Source: Clostridia bacterium (lineage in GTDB: Bacteria > Bacillota > Clostridia > Oscillospirales > Acutalibacteraceae). From it: a stretch of DNA of 64,000 nucleotides. Below the pieces are notes generated by a model that worked only from the letters and a program-made list of their open reading frames with translations, made no database searches and was not told where the DNA came from. Location of the stretch: positions 1,478 through 65,477 of the forward strand of contig JAFYDS010000035.1 in assembly GCA_017544665.1 (NCBI GenBank). Reading direction: 5' to 3'. Position numbers and translations under genes: made by a program. This document shows positions 1 to 8,688 of this stretch, piece by piece; position 1 is the first letter of the stretch, and each line of letters opens with the position of its first letter.

Positions 1-1643
1 CGACGATCCGCGTGTATGAGAACGGAGAGTTGACGCTGGATAAGGAACTCAAGCAGATCAAGGGCCGCGGCAACTCCACCTGGACGGAGTGCCCGAAGAA
101 ACCGTTCAATATCAAGTTCGACAAAAAGACAGCCCTGCTCGGGATGCCGAAGGCGAAGAAGTGGAGCCTGCTTGCCAACTATAAGGACGACAGCGCGATC
201 AAGACGCCCGCCGGTCTGGAACTCGGACGCACGCTCGGTATTCCGTATACCAGCGAATGCCGCAACGCCGATCTATATCTGAACGGAGAATACTACGGCA
301 ACTTCTCGGTCTGCGAAAGCGTGGAGGTCGGCGAAAACCGCGTAGAGATCACGGATCTGGAAAAAGCTAACGAAACCGCGAATCCCGGCGTGGAGATCGA
401 AGCGCTGCCGCGGGGCGGGACGGGCGCGAACGGATCGGTCCAGAACCACACCGTGAAGGGCAGCATGAAGTGGGTCAATATCCCGAACAACCCCGCGGAT
501 ATTTCCGGCGGCTATCTGTTGGAGCTGGACTTCGGCGTCCGCTATAACGAGGAAGTCAGCGGCTTTGTTTCCAACTACGGTCAGTGGGTCGTTGTCAAGT
601 CGCCAGAATACGCCAGCGAGGCAGAGGTGCGGTATATCGCCGCGCTTTATAACGAAGCGGAAGAGGCGTTGCTCAGCAGCAACGGCTACAACAGCCGCGG
701 CAAGTATTACACCGAATACTTCGATATGGAAACGCTGGCGAAGACCTATCTGTTCATCGAGCTGCAAAAGTCGCTCGACACCGCGATTTCGAGCTTCTAT
801 TTCTATAAGGACGCCGGGTCCGACCTGCTGGTCGCCGCGCCGGTCTGGGACTTTGACCGCGGCTTCTATACGCCGGAATGGCGCTGCGCGTCCGATATGA
901 GCAGCCCGAACGGCTGGCATTCGAGCTCGTTCTCCTACAGCGGCAGCAACGGCGATCCGTTCGATACGGAGACGTTTTTGTCCCTGTGCTTCCGCCACGA
1001 AGACTTCCGTGAGCTTGCTGCGAACACTTGGAAGAGCACTGTCCTCGGCACGGCACCGGCACAGGTCGACGCGCTCTTCTCCGGCCACTATGCGCAGAAC
1101 GCCGCGTCCCGCCAGATGAATCTGGTTCGTTGGAAGTATGCGAGCGCCGCGTCGCCGCTGACGTCCGCAACGTCCGGCGGAGACAGCTACTTTAGCAAGG
1201 TCAGCTCATTTGTGCATAACCGGCTTGCGGTTTTGGACGCTGCGTTCAACAGCGATCTTGCCATGCTGTACTATGACGCCAACGGCGGCAGCCGCCACAT
1301 CTTCAACCGGGAGATCGTCGCGGTGGGCGGCAAGGTGACCGTGCTGGGCACGCAGGTGCACGACTCCTACATTGCCGCGCCAGCGGGCAAGACGTTCCAA
1401 GGCTGGAACACGAAGGCGGACGGTACGGGAAAAACCTATCAGCCCGGCGACAAGATCCAGCTGAACGCCAAGACGACAAAGCTGTATGCGATGTGGGACG
1501 CGCCGCAGGGGAATCCGACAAATCCGACGAATCCGTCGCAATCGGACAACAACGACAACGACGATTTTGATTTTCTGCAATGGCTGCGGCATATTTTCAA
1601 AGTCATCGGCGACTTCTGGCGCCGCGTGTTCAAGATCAAATAA
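1..1643 (+). CDS. CotH-family protein, 5' end outside window; C-terminal Listeria-Bacteroides (Flg_new-type) repeat, PTNPTNPS linker and amphipathic tail
   Basis: ORF 12..1643 stays open in frame back to base 3, so the start is upstream. CotH-like motifs GRGNSTW, KKPFNIKFDKK, KKWSLLANYKDDS. C-terminal 'YDANGG...GWNTKADGTGKTYQPGDKI' repeat. Confidence 0.75.
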   Translation, partial: TIRVYENGELTLDKELKQIKGRGNSTWTECPKKPFNIKFDKKTALLGMPKAKKWSLLANYKDDSAIKTPAGLELGRTLGIPYTSECRNADLYLNGEYYGNFSVCESVEVGENRVEITDLEKANETANPGVEIEALPRGGTGANGSVQNHTVKGSMKWVNIPNNPADISGGYLLELDFGVRYNEEVSGFVSNYGQWVVVKSPEYASEAEVRYIAALYNEAEEALLSSNGYNSRGKYYTEYFDMETLAKTYLFIELQKSLDTAISSFYFYKDAGSDLLVAAPVWDFDRGFYTPEWRCASDMSSPNGWHSSSFSYSGSNGDPFDTETFLSLCFRHEDFRELAANTWKSTVLGTAPAQVDALFSGHYAQNAASRQMNLVRWKYASAASPLTSATSGGDSYFSKVSSFVHNRLAVLDAAFNSDLAMLYYDANGGSRHIFNREIVAVGGKVTVLGTQVHDSYIAAPAGKTFQGWNTKADGTGKTYQPGDKIQLNAKTTKLYAMWDAPQGNPTNPTNPSQSDNNDNDDFDFLQWLRHIFKVIGDFWRRVFKIK

Positions 1644-1728
1644 GCCAAAGAGGATAGAATCGCCGCTTTCTTTCGCTTCCTTTCTTTCTCGCGAAAGAAA
1701 GGAAGGCCCCGCGGCGAGCGATAGAAAA

Positions 1729-1773
1729 AACGCGAACGAGTTTGCACCGTTCGCGTTTTCTTTTTTCTTTTTT
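1729..1773. terminator. Bidirectional intrinsic terminator between convergent CotH gene and trpS
   Basis: Hairpin aacgcgaacg/cgttcgcgtt with A-run upstream and T-run downstream. Confidence 0.7.
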
Positions 1774-1839
1774 GCGCTCGCCGCGCGGGCGTTCCTTTTT
1801 CTTGAAAGAAAAAGGAACCAAAAAGAACTTTATGATTCC

Positions 1840-2850
1840 TTACGGCAAAACAAACCCGATCTTCTTCATCACCTTCTGCAAGGTCCGGTTCGCAACCCGG
1901 CTCGCTCGCTCGGCGCCCTGCGCCGCCACTTCCTTGAGATACGCCTTGTCGTTGCTGTAACGCTCGTAACGCTCCCGAATCGGACGCAGCTCTTCGATCA
2001 CCGCTTCGGCAACCGCCGCCTTGAAATCGCCGTAGCCCTTGCCTGCAAAGTCCGCTTCGATCTGCTCGTTCGTCAGGCCCGTGCAGCACGCGTAAATGGC
2101 CATCAGATTGTTGATGCCTTCCTTGCCGTCGGCAAAGCGCACGCTGCCCTCGCTGTCCGTGACAGCGCTCTTGATCTTCTTGCTGATCACGTCGGGCGCG
2201 TCGAACACAGAGATGTAGCTCTTCGGGTTCGGATCGCTCTTGCTCATCTTCTTGAGCGGATCCTGCAGCGACATCACCCGCGCGCCCTGCTTGCCGATAT
2301 ACGGCTCGGGTACCGTAAACGTCGGGGAATACAGCGTGTTGAACCGCTGCGCAATGTCCCGCGCGATCTCAAGGTGCTGCTTCTGGTCCGCGCCGACGGG
2401 CACAAGGTCCGCCTGGTAAAGCAGAATGTCCGCCGCCATCAGCACCGGATAGGCGAACAGCCCGACGTTGACGTTGTCGGCGTGCGACTGGGATTTATCC
2501 TTGAACTGCGTCATGCGCGACATCTCGCCGAACTGCGTGTAGCAGTTGAGGATCCACGCGAGCTGGCTGTGCGCCGGCACCTGGCTCTGGATGAACAGAA
2601 TGCTTTGGTCCGGGTCGAGCCCGATCGCGAGCAGCAGCGCCAACACATCATTGATCTGCTTGCGGAACTGCGCCGGCTCCTGACGGACCGTGATCGCGTG
2701 CAGATCGGCGACGGCGAACGCGCCGTCGAACTCGTCCGCCAGCGTTTTCCAGTTTTTGAGCGCGCCGAGATAGTTGCCCAGCGTCGGAATGCCGGACGGC
2801 TGAATACAGCTTAAAATGCGCTTTTTCGGCGCTGCGGTTGTTGCTTCCAT
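1840..2850 (-). CDS. trpS: Tryptophan--tRNA ligase
   Basis: Class I aaRS signatures (PSGIPTLGNYLG region, KMSKS as 'KKMSKSD'). Start moved to the internal ATG (MEATT...) preceded by GAGAGGGA; the ORF-track start at 2883 lies about at the predicted TSS. Confidence 0.9.
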   Translation of the reverse strand: MEATTAAPKKRILSCIQPSGIPTLGNYLGALKNWKTLADEFDGAFAVADLHAITVRQEPAQFRKQINDVLALLLAIGLDPDQSILFIQSQVPAHSQLAWILNCYTQFGEMSRMTQFKDKSQSHADNVNVGLFAYPVLMAADILLYQADLVPVGADQKQHLEIARDIAQRFNTLYSPTFTVPEPYIGKQGARVMSLQDPLKKMSKSDPNPKSYISVFDAPDVISKKIKSAVTDSEGSVRFADGKEGINNLMAIYACCTGLTNEQIEADFAGKGYGDFKAAVAEAVIEELRPIRERYERYSNDKAYLKEVAAQGAERASRVANRTLQKVMKKIGFVLP

Positions 2851-2894
2851 AAGGGGTCCCTCTCTTTTCAGGATCAGATTCAAACGACTTTGTT

Positions 2895-2923
2895 ATTATA
2901 GCATACCGCGAAAAAAGTATCAA
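2895..2923 (-). promoter_or_regulatory. Sigma70-type promoter of trpS
   Basis: Minus strand reads TTGATA-17 nt-TATAAT. The leader is short, leaving no room for a T-box. Confidence 0.6.
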
Positions 2924-3012
2924 GAGCGAATGCGTATTTTTCGGTTTTGCACAGGGCCGTTTTGGGCTTTTCAACAGGAAAAATGCCCCAATCAAGGGGC
3001 GGGTGAAAAAAC

Positions 3013-3067
3013 TTCTCCACATTTTCCACGTGGTTTTCCACGATTTTCAACGGGTCGATGTGCAAAA
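3013..3067. promoter_or_regulatory. Cluster of DnaA-box-like 9-mers
   Basis: Direct repeats TTCTCCACA (3013), TTTTCCACG (3022), TTTTCCACG (3034), TTTTCAACG (3044) and inverted TGTGCAAAA (3059), compared with consensus TTATCCACA. Confidence 0.35.
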
Positions 3068-3208
3068 CTATTTTCGAATTGCGCAAAATGAGCGCGTTTA
3101 TTTGGCGCTTTTACCGTTTCTTCCCATGATCCGGGCGGCGCTATTTCGGATAAAATCGACGGTGCTGCAAAAGCTAACACAGAAAGCAAAAGGAGGTCGT
3201 TGTGTGCT

Positions 3209-3472
3209 ATGATCAAAGGGGTCAACCGCCAGGTCGTGGAGGTGCAGGAAACGGACTGCGACTATTTTGAGCGGATCTTGTTTTTTGTCAAACCCGAATA
3301 CGCGAGCCTGAGCGAGGGAAAGATCCGCGAGCGCGCCAGTCAGATCGCGGGGAAGGCGGGCGCCGCCCCACCGACAAAACTGCGCCGCCGTCGTGTGGTG
3401 GATTGTTTGAAAATCGCCGGCGCTCTGGCGGCAGGCTGTCTGCTGACCGTGCTCGCGCTGTCGTTACGGTAG
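3209..3472 (+). CDS. Small hypothetical protein with C-terminal transmembrane anchor
   Basis: AGGAGG at 3191-3196 and ATG at 3209. C-terminal hydrophobic stretch 'IAGALAAGCLLTVLALSL'. Hairpins follow at 3473-3551. No family recognised. Confidence 0.5.
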   Translation: MIKGVNRQVVEVQETDCDYFERILFFVKPEYASLSEGKIRERASQIAGKAGAAPPTKLRRRRVVDCLKIAGALAAGCLLTVLALSLR

Positions 3473-3551
3473 GAAAAACGCGTGGCATTTTTCCTACCGC
3501 TAACTGCTAACTGCTGACAGCTAACAGCTTCAAAGCCCCGCCGGGGCTTTT

Positions 3552-4157
3552 TCAGTTGATCTTGAGGCGGGAGATGTGGAGCCGCGGGTCGTCGACGATA
3601 ATCAGCCGTTTGATCAGCGTGTAGGTCAGCGCCGTGAAGCGTTCGCGCGGCATGGCGTCCGGATCGTGCAGATAGCGGTTGAGGATCCCATAGAACCCGG
3701 CGGACAAAAACGCGTAGAAGTAGTCGTAGCCCTCGCGGTAGGTGGTCTTGTTGTAAGCGGAGAAATACTGGAAAAAGAAGTCGCAGAACATGGTGTTGAC
3801 CCGCGTCCGGAAGGGCTTGGAATAGGTGGAATCCAGCAGCATCATGGCGACGTCCTTGTGGCGGATGAACAGATCGGGCAAACGGCGCACCGTGGCGGTG
3901 ACGCACTCCGGAAAGCCGATCGTCTTGAACTCTTCGAGCAGCTCGGTGATCTCACCGATCAGCGTGTTTTCGATGTCCTCCACCAGCGCGTCGATGTCGG
4001 CGTAGTGGAAATAGAAGGCGTTGCGGCTCATCTGGGCCTCTTCACAGAGCGCCTTGACGGTGATCTTCGGCAAGGGGGTGGTTTTGGCGAGTGTCGCCAG
4101 CGCGGTCTCAAAGCTGCGCTTGGTGCGGCTCACGCAGCGGTAGGTCTTTTTTTCCAT
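3552..4157 (-). CDS. TetR/AcrR family transcriptional regulator
   Basis: N-terminal HTH 'ITVKALCEEAQMSRNAFYFHY'. Start set at MEKKTY. Divergent from the acyl-CoA ligase gene. Confidence 0.85.
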   Translation of the reverse strand: MEKKTYRCVSRTKRSFETALATLAKTTPLPKITVKALCEEAQMSRNAFYFHYADIDALVEDIENTLIGEITELLEEFKTIGFPECVTATVRRLPDLFIRHKDVAMMLLDSTYSKPFRTRVNTMFCDFFFQYFSAYNKTTYREGYDYFYAFLSAGFYGILNRYLHDPDAMPRERFTALTYTLIKRLIIVDDPRLHISRLKIN

Positions 4158-4238
4158 ACAGGGGCTCCTTTTTTTGTTTGTTTTGTGACAGGCGGCCAAG
4201 GCGTGTTTCAAATGGTGCAAATCAGATAAAACTGACCA

Positions 4239-4266
4239 TTGACAATTTATGACAGCCTGTTATAAT
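4239..4266 (+). promoter_or_regulatory. Sigma70-type promoter of the acyl-CoA ligase gene
   Basis: TTGACA-16 nt-TATAAT in the TetR/ligase divergent spacer. Confidence 0.55.
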
Positions 4267-4330
4267 AAGTACAGTGTATCATATTTCTTACACAATGTCA
4301 AACTGGTTTTTCGGAAAAGGAATGATTTTT

Positions 4331-6034
4331 ATGTACGCCGCATACGAAAACTATATTGAGCCGAGAGAGAAATACCTCCCAAAGCCGGAGGGACACGAAT
4401 CGCTGTATGAGTATTTCCTCGAATGCCATCGCCGGATCTCGAACGATATCGGCGACTACACGGCGTTTGTGACGCCGGTCCTCGACAGTTGGACCGAAAC
4501 GCCGATGTCCGTTTTGCTGCGGGATATCGAGCTTCTGGCGGCGTATCTGCGCGCGCAGGGCTTGCGGCAGGGCGACGTGGTGACGGCGTTTATGCCGACC
4601 TGCGCCCACGCGTTCCCGGTGCTGTTCGCCGCGAACAAGCTCGGCCTGATCGTCAACTTCGTCCATCCGCTGACTCCGCCGGACGCGTTGCTGGCGGCGA
4701 TGCGGCACACGAAGAGCAAGTTCCTGTTTATCCTCGACGCGATCAGCGGATACTTCGGCGCCGTGATGGCGCAGTATCCCTGCGTGGTCTGCCGCATCTC
4801 CGATTACTGCACAGGCAAGGCGCTCGCGTATGCGCAGTATAACGAAACGAACAACGTCAAGATTCCGGACGTGCCGTTCACGTTCTACCGCGACGCGCTG
4901 GCGCAGGATCTGCCGGCGGCGGAAACGGTGCGCAACTTCGGCAAAGAGGACGCGGTGTATTTGCAGGGCGGCGGCACGACCGGCAGAAGCAAGACGATTA
5001 TTCTGTCCTCCTTCGCGTTCAACGCGCTGACCTATAAATATTATCTGATGGATATGGCGCACGATTACAAGCGCGATTACGCGCTTTCGGCGCTGCCGTG
5101 CTTCCACGCGTTCGGACTGGGCGGCACGATGCTCTACGCGATCTGCAACGCCTACAAGCCGATCCTGATCTCAAAATTCGACGCCGTGCAGGTCAACGAA
5201 CTAATCCGGCAGCTGCGCGTGATCGAGATCCTCGGCGTGCCGAAGATGTTCCGGAAAATGATGGAGGCGCCGAACTTCGAAAACGAAGGGCTCAAAAACC
5301 TGAAGCTCCTGTTTTCCGGCGGCGATCTGATCAGCGACGCCTTTATCCGGCAGTTTGACGAAACCATTGCAAAGCACGGCTCCACGGCACGGCTGTGCCG
5401 CGGCTACGGTCTGACGGAGATGGCCGCCACGGTCACGTCCAGCTGCTGGCAGCACTTCAAAACGGAATCGACCGGCTATCCGCTGCCCGGCGTCGAGGTG
5501 CAGATCTGGGACGAAGACTGCAAAGAACTGCCGGCCGGCACGGTCGGCGAGATCGTCCTCGCAGGCGACAACATGATGAACGGGTATCTGTCGGACGAAA
5601 ACATACACGAGAGCGGTATTTATGTGGACGACGCGGGCAAAAAATGGGTCCGCAGCGGCGATATGGGCTATCTGGACGAGGACGGCTATCTGTTCTTCTC
5701 CGGCCGCAAAAAGCGCATTATCATCATCGCCGGCTACAATATCTATCCCGCCACGATCGAAGAGCAGGTCGCGAAACTGCCGTATATCAACGAGGTCTGC
5801 GCCGTGCAGGGCTATGACGAAACCGGCAAGCCGCTGGTGAAGCTGTGCGTGTCGCTCAAGGACACGGAAGCGGACAAAGCGGAAGTCATCGCCGCGCTGC
5901 GGGCGTACTGCGAATCGCATATCGAAGGCTACGCCTGTCCGCGCAAATACGAGGTGTTCGGTCTGCTGCCGCGCACGAAGATTGAGAAGATCGACTTCGT
6001 GAAGCTCTCCGACCCGGCGCCGGTCGATGCATAA
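4331..6034 (+). CDS. AMP-dependent synthetase/ligase (acyl-CoA ligase family)
   Basis: Motifs 'GGGTTGRSK', 'GYGLTE', 'SGDMGYLDEDGYLFFSGRKK'. Start ambiguous (4274, 4322 or 4331); 4331 has the best RBS spacing. Confidence 0.85.
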   Translation: MYAAYENYIEPREKYLPKPEGHESLYEYFLECHRRISNDIGDYTAFVTPVLDSWTETPMSVLLRDIELLAAYLRAQGLRQGDVVTAFMPTCAHAFPVLFAANKLGLIVNFVHPLTPPDALLAAMRHTKSKFLFILDAISGYFGAVMAQYPCVVCRISDYCTGKALAYAQYNETNNVKIPDVPFTFYRDALAQDLPAAETVRNFGKEDAVYLQGGGTTGRSKTIILSSFAFNALTYKYYLMDMAHDYKRDYALSALPCFHAFGLGGTMLYAICNAYKPILISKFDAVQVNELIRQLRVIEILGVPKMFRKMMEAPNFENEGLKNLKLLFSGGDLISDAFIRQFDETIAKHGSTARLCRGYGLTEMAATVTSSCWQHFKTESTGYPLPGVEVQIWDEDCKELPAGTVGEIVLAGDNMMNGYLSDENIHESGIYVDDAGKKWVRSGDMGYLDEDGYLFFSGRKKRIIIIAGYNIYPATIEEQVAKLPYINEVCAVQGYDETGKPLVKLCVSLKDTEADKAEVIAALRAYCESHIEGYACPRKYEVFGLLPRTKIEKIDFVKLSDPAPVDA

Positions 6035-6044
6035 ACAACAATAA

Positions 6045-6083
6045 CGGAGCGCATTCCGTAGGAAATGCGCTCCGATTCTTTTT
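6045..6083. terminator. Intrinsic terminator between convergent genes
   Basis: Perfect 11-bp stem cggagcgcatt/aatgcgctccg followed by attcttttt. Confidence 0.7.
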
Positions 6084-6090
6084 CGCAAGA

Positions 6091-8688
6091 TCAGACCAGC
6101 GGTCCGTATTTCGTCTGCAGCCGCGTCAGCTGCGTGAGGATCGTCGGCGAGAGGACCCACAAAAACAGCACCGTTGCCGCCGCGTGGATCAGATCCATCG
6201 GCAGACCGGTTGCGTAATAGCTGAGCAGAATGGCGCGGTTCAGCGCCTCGCCGCCCCAGAGCAGCGCCGCGGCTGGGTTCATGATTCCGCCGTAGAGGAA
6301 GACGGCGCAAAACGCGCCGAACAGGCACAGCGGCAGCCGTTTGCCGGTCAGCAGACCGCAGCGGGCCAGCACACCCGCAAGCGCCCCGGCGGCGCCCATC
6401 GCGAACATTTGGAACGGCGTCCACGGTCCCTGGGCGAACAGGAGATTTGACAGCAGCATGGTCACCGCGCCGACCAGAAAGCCGCTTTCCGCGCCGAGCG
6501 CCGCCCCGGCAAGGATGACGATCGCCAGCACCGGCTTGAACTGCGGGAGCATGAAGAACGCGGTACGTCCGGCGATCGCAAGCGCGCACAGCGCGGCCAG
6601 CACGGCGATCGCGCGGGCGGACGGTCGGCGCCGCTCAAAGCGGATGAAGAAGGGCAGCAGCCCCAGAACGAGCAAAATCAGCGACAGCAGATAATACTGC
6701 GTCACGCCGCAGAAGTGCAGCCCCGCAAGCAGCGCGGCGGGCAGCACGCCGAGCAGCCACACAGCCGAAAACACAGTCTGCCCGCGCGGCGCGGTTGTCG
6801 TGAGTTTGACGCTGAACGTGTCGGCGCTTCGAAGCAGCAGCACCGCGAGCAGCAGACAGGCGGCAAAACCGCCGCAGACCGCCCACTGTTTGGCGGAAAG
6901 AGAGATTCTTGCGCCGGTCTCGAAAAGCATCTGAAAACCGATCGTTTTCGCGGCGAAAAAGCAGCAGACCAGCGCGCCGCAAAGACTCAGAGTACCGAGC
7001 GCTTTGCGCAGCCGGCCGGGCTTTCGCGCGGGGGCAGGCGCAGGTGTTTCCGTTGCGGTCGGCTCGGGTTCCTCCGCCGCGGGGAGGGCAGGCTCTTCTG
7101 TTCCGAACGCGGCGCAAACATCGCGCACAGTGACGCAGCCGGGAAGCAGGCCGCGGGTGATCCGCGCCGTCGCCGTGGTGTACAGGCGGCTTTCCGTGAA
7201 AAAGACGCGTGGTGGCTGCGGCGGACAGACCGCGCCGTCGAACAGCAGCGCACAGCCGTCCGCATAGGCGGCGCAGAACGCAACGTCATGGCTGACGACC
7301 ACGACGCACATCCCGTCGCGGCAGCATTCCCGCAGCAGCGCGGCGAGCGACGCCTTCTGAACGGCGTCGAGCCCCTTTGTCGGCTCGTCGAGCAACAGAA
7401 TATCGGGCTGTGTCAGCAGCAGTTTCGCGAGCGCGAGCCGCTGCGCTTCGCCGCCGGACAGGGTCTCCGGATGGCGGTATTCGAAAGGCGAGAGCCGGAA
7501 CCGGCGCAGCGCCGTCTGATACGCGTCATCGTCCGCGGCGACGGAAAGCAGTTCTTCGCGCACGCTTTCATGCCAGAAGAGATCCTGCGGCTGCTGCGGG
7601 AGGAGGGCGACGCTGCCTTCCTTTTGCAGCGTGCCGTGCTGCGGGTCGCGGACGCCGGCAATCAGCTGCAGCAGCGTCGTTTTGCCGCTGCCGTTCGCGC
7701 CGAGCAGACAGAGCAGCTCACCCCGGTGCGCTGTCAGCGACAGATCGCGCAGCACGTCCGGCGCGTCCTTTTCGTAGCGGAACGATACTTCTTTCAATTC
7801 CAGCGCGGGGTCGCCCGCCGCGTCAGCTGTCGGCGGTTCCGCAGATGAGGGCGTATGAGACAATAAATAGTGTTCTAAAAACGCGCGACCTTCCGCAACG
7901 CTGCAGGGTGGGTCGCCCGTGCCGTTGAGTGCCGCCCAGAGACGGGACGCCGCCGGCATCGCGGCAAGAAACGGCGACTGACTTTCGTGCAGTTGCCGGA
8001 CCGTTTCGCGGGGCGTGCCCTGCGCAGTTAAGACGCCGTCTTCGAGGACGAAGACGCGGTCGCACAGCGGCAGGACGTCTTCGAGCTGGTGTTCGCTGAG
8101 CAGGATCGTGGTGCCGAAATCGCGCCGGATCGTCTGCAGCCACCCGAGGAAAACGGTCGCCGCGTGGGGATCGAGCTGCGACGCCGGCTCGTCGAGCAGC
8201 AGCAGAGAAGGACGGGTCAGCATGACCGACGCGAGCACAAGCAGCTGCTGTTCGCCGCCGGAAAGACTGTTCACGTCGCGGTGCAGCCAGTCGGTGATGC
8301 CGAAATAGGTGGCGGTCTCCGCCACGCGGCGGCGCAGTTCCTCCGGCGGCAGCCCGAGACTTTCTGCGCCGAACGCCAGCTCGTGCAGAACCTTGTCGGA
8401 GACCAGTTGTGTTTGCGGATCCTGCGCGACAAAGCCGATGTTTGCGCTCGCTTCGCGCGGGGAGAGGGCGTCGGGCGCTTTGCCGCCGATCAGCAGCGAA
8501 CCGCTCTGGTCGCCAAGGGGGCGCAGCTGCGGTTTACAAAGGCGCAGCAAGGTGGTTTTGCCGCTGCCGGAACTGCCGCACAAAACGGCGAAGTCGCCCT
8601 GTTCGAGGGTCAGCGAAACGCCGCGCAGCGCGAAAGCAGCCGCGTCGGGATATTGAAAGCTCAGGTTTTCGAGGGCAACGTACGCCAT
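6091..8688 (-). CDS. ECF transporter triple fusion: EcfA-EcfA' tandem ATPases plus C-terminal multi-TM S-component-like domain
   Basis: Walker A GSSGSGKTT and GANGSGKTT, signatures LSGGEQQ and LSGGEAQ, Walker B LLLLDEP and ILLLDEP. A Pro/Glu linker precedes a hydrophobic domain containing 'FAQGPWTPFQMFAMG'. Start at MAYVALE with GGAGGTG RBS. Confidence 0.85.
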   Translation of the reverse strand: MAYVALENLSFQYPDAAAFALRGVSLTLEQGDFAVLCGSSGSGKTTLLRLCKPQLRPLGDQSGSLLIGGKAPDALSPREASANIGFVAQDPQTQLVSDKVLHELAFGAESLGLPPEELRRRVAETATYFGITDWLHRDVNSLSGGEQQLLVLASVMLTRPSLLLLDEPASQLDPHAATVFLGWLQTIRRDFGTTILLSEHQLEDVLPLCDRVFVLEDGVLTAQGTPRETVRQLHESQSPFLAAMPAASRLWAALNGTGDPPCSVAEGRAFLEHYLLSHTPSSAEPPTADAAGDPALELKEVSFRYEKDAPDVLRDLSLTAHRGELLCLLGANGSGKTTLLQLIAGVRDPQHGTLQKEGSVALLPQQPQDLFWHESVREELLSVAADDDAYQTALRRFRLSPFEYRHPETLSGGEAQRLALAKLLLTQPDILLLDEPTKGLDAVQKASLAALLRECCRDGMCVVVVSHDVAFCAAYADGCALLFDGAVCPPQPPRVFFTESRLYTTATARITRGLLPGCVTVRDVCAAFGTEEPALPAAEEPEPTATETPAPAPARKPGRLRKALGTLSLCGALVCCFFAAKTIGFQMLFETGARISLSAKQWAVCGGFAACLLLAVLLLRSADTFSVKLTTTAPRGQTVFSAVWLLGVLPAALLAGLHFCGVTQYYLLSLILLVLGLLPFFIRFERRRPSARAIAVLAALCALAIAGRTAFFMLPQFKPVLAIVILAGAALGAESGFLVGAVTMLLSNLLFAQGPWTPFQMFAMGAAGALAGVLARCGLLTGKRLPLCLFGAFCAVFLYGGIMNPAAALLWGGEALNRAILLSYYATGLPMDLIHAAATVLFLWVLSPTILTQLTRLQTKYGPLV

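Noticed and set aside
2851-3200. T-box leader upstream of trpS
   Set aside because: The TTGATA/TATAAT promoter lies only about 40 nt upstream of the start, so a leader of about 250 nt cannot fit. No specifier or T-box (GGTGGTACCGCG-like) sequence is present on the minus strand.
2816-3225. Small overlapping ORFs (68-91 aa) in the trpS upstream intergenic region
   Set aside because: No RBSs. They overlap one another and the promoter and DnaA-box-like elements. Their sequences are low-complexity or implausible.
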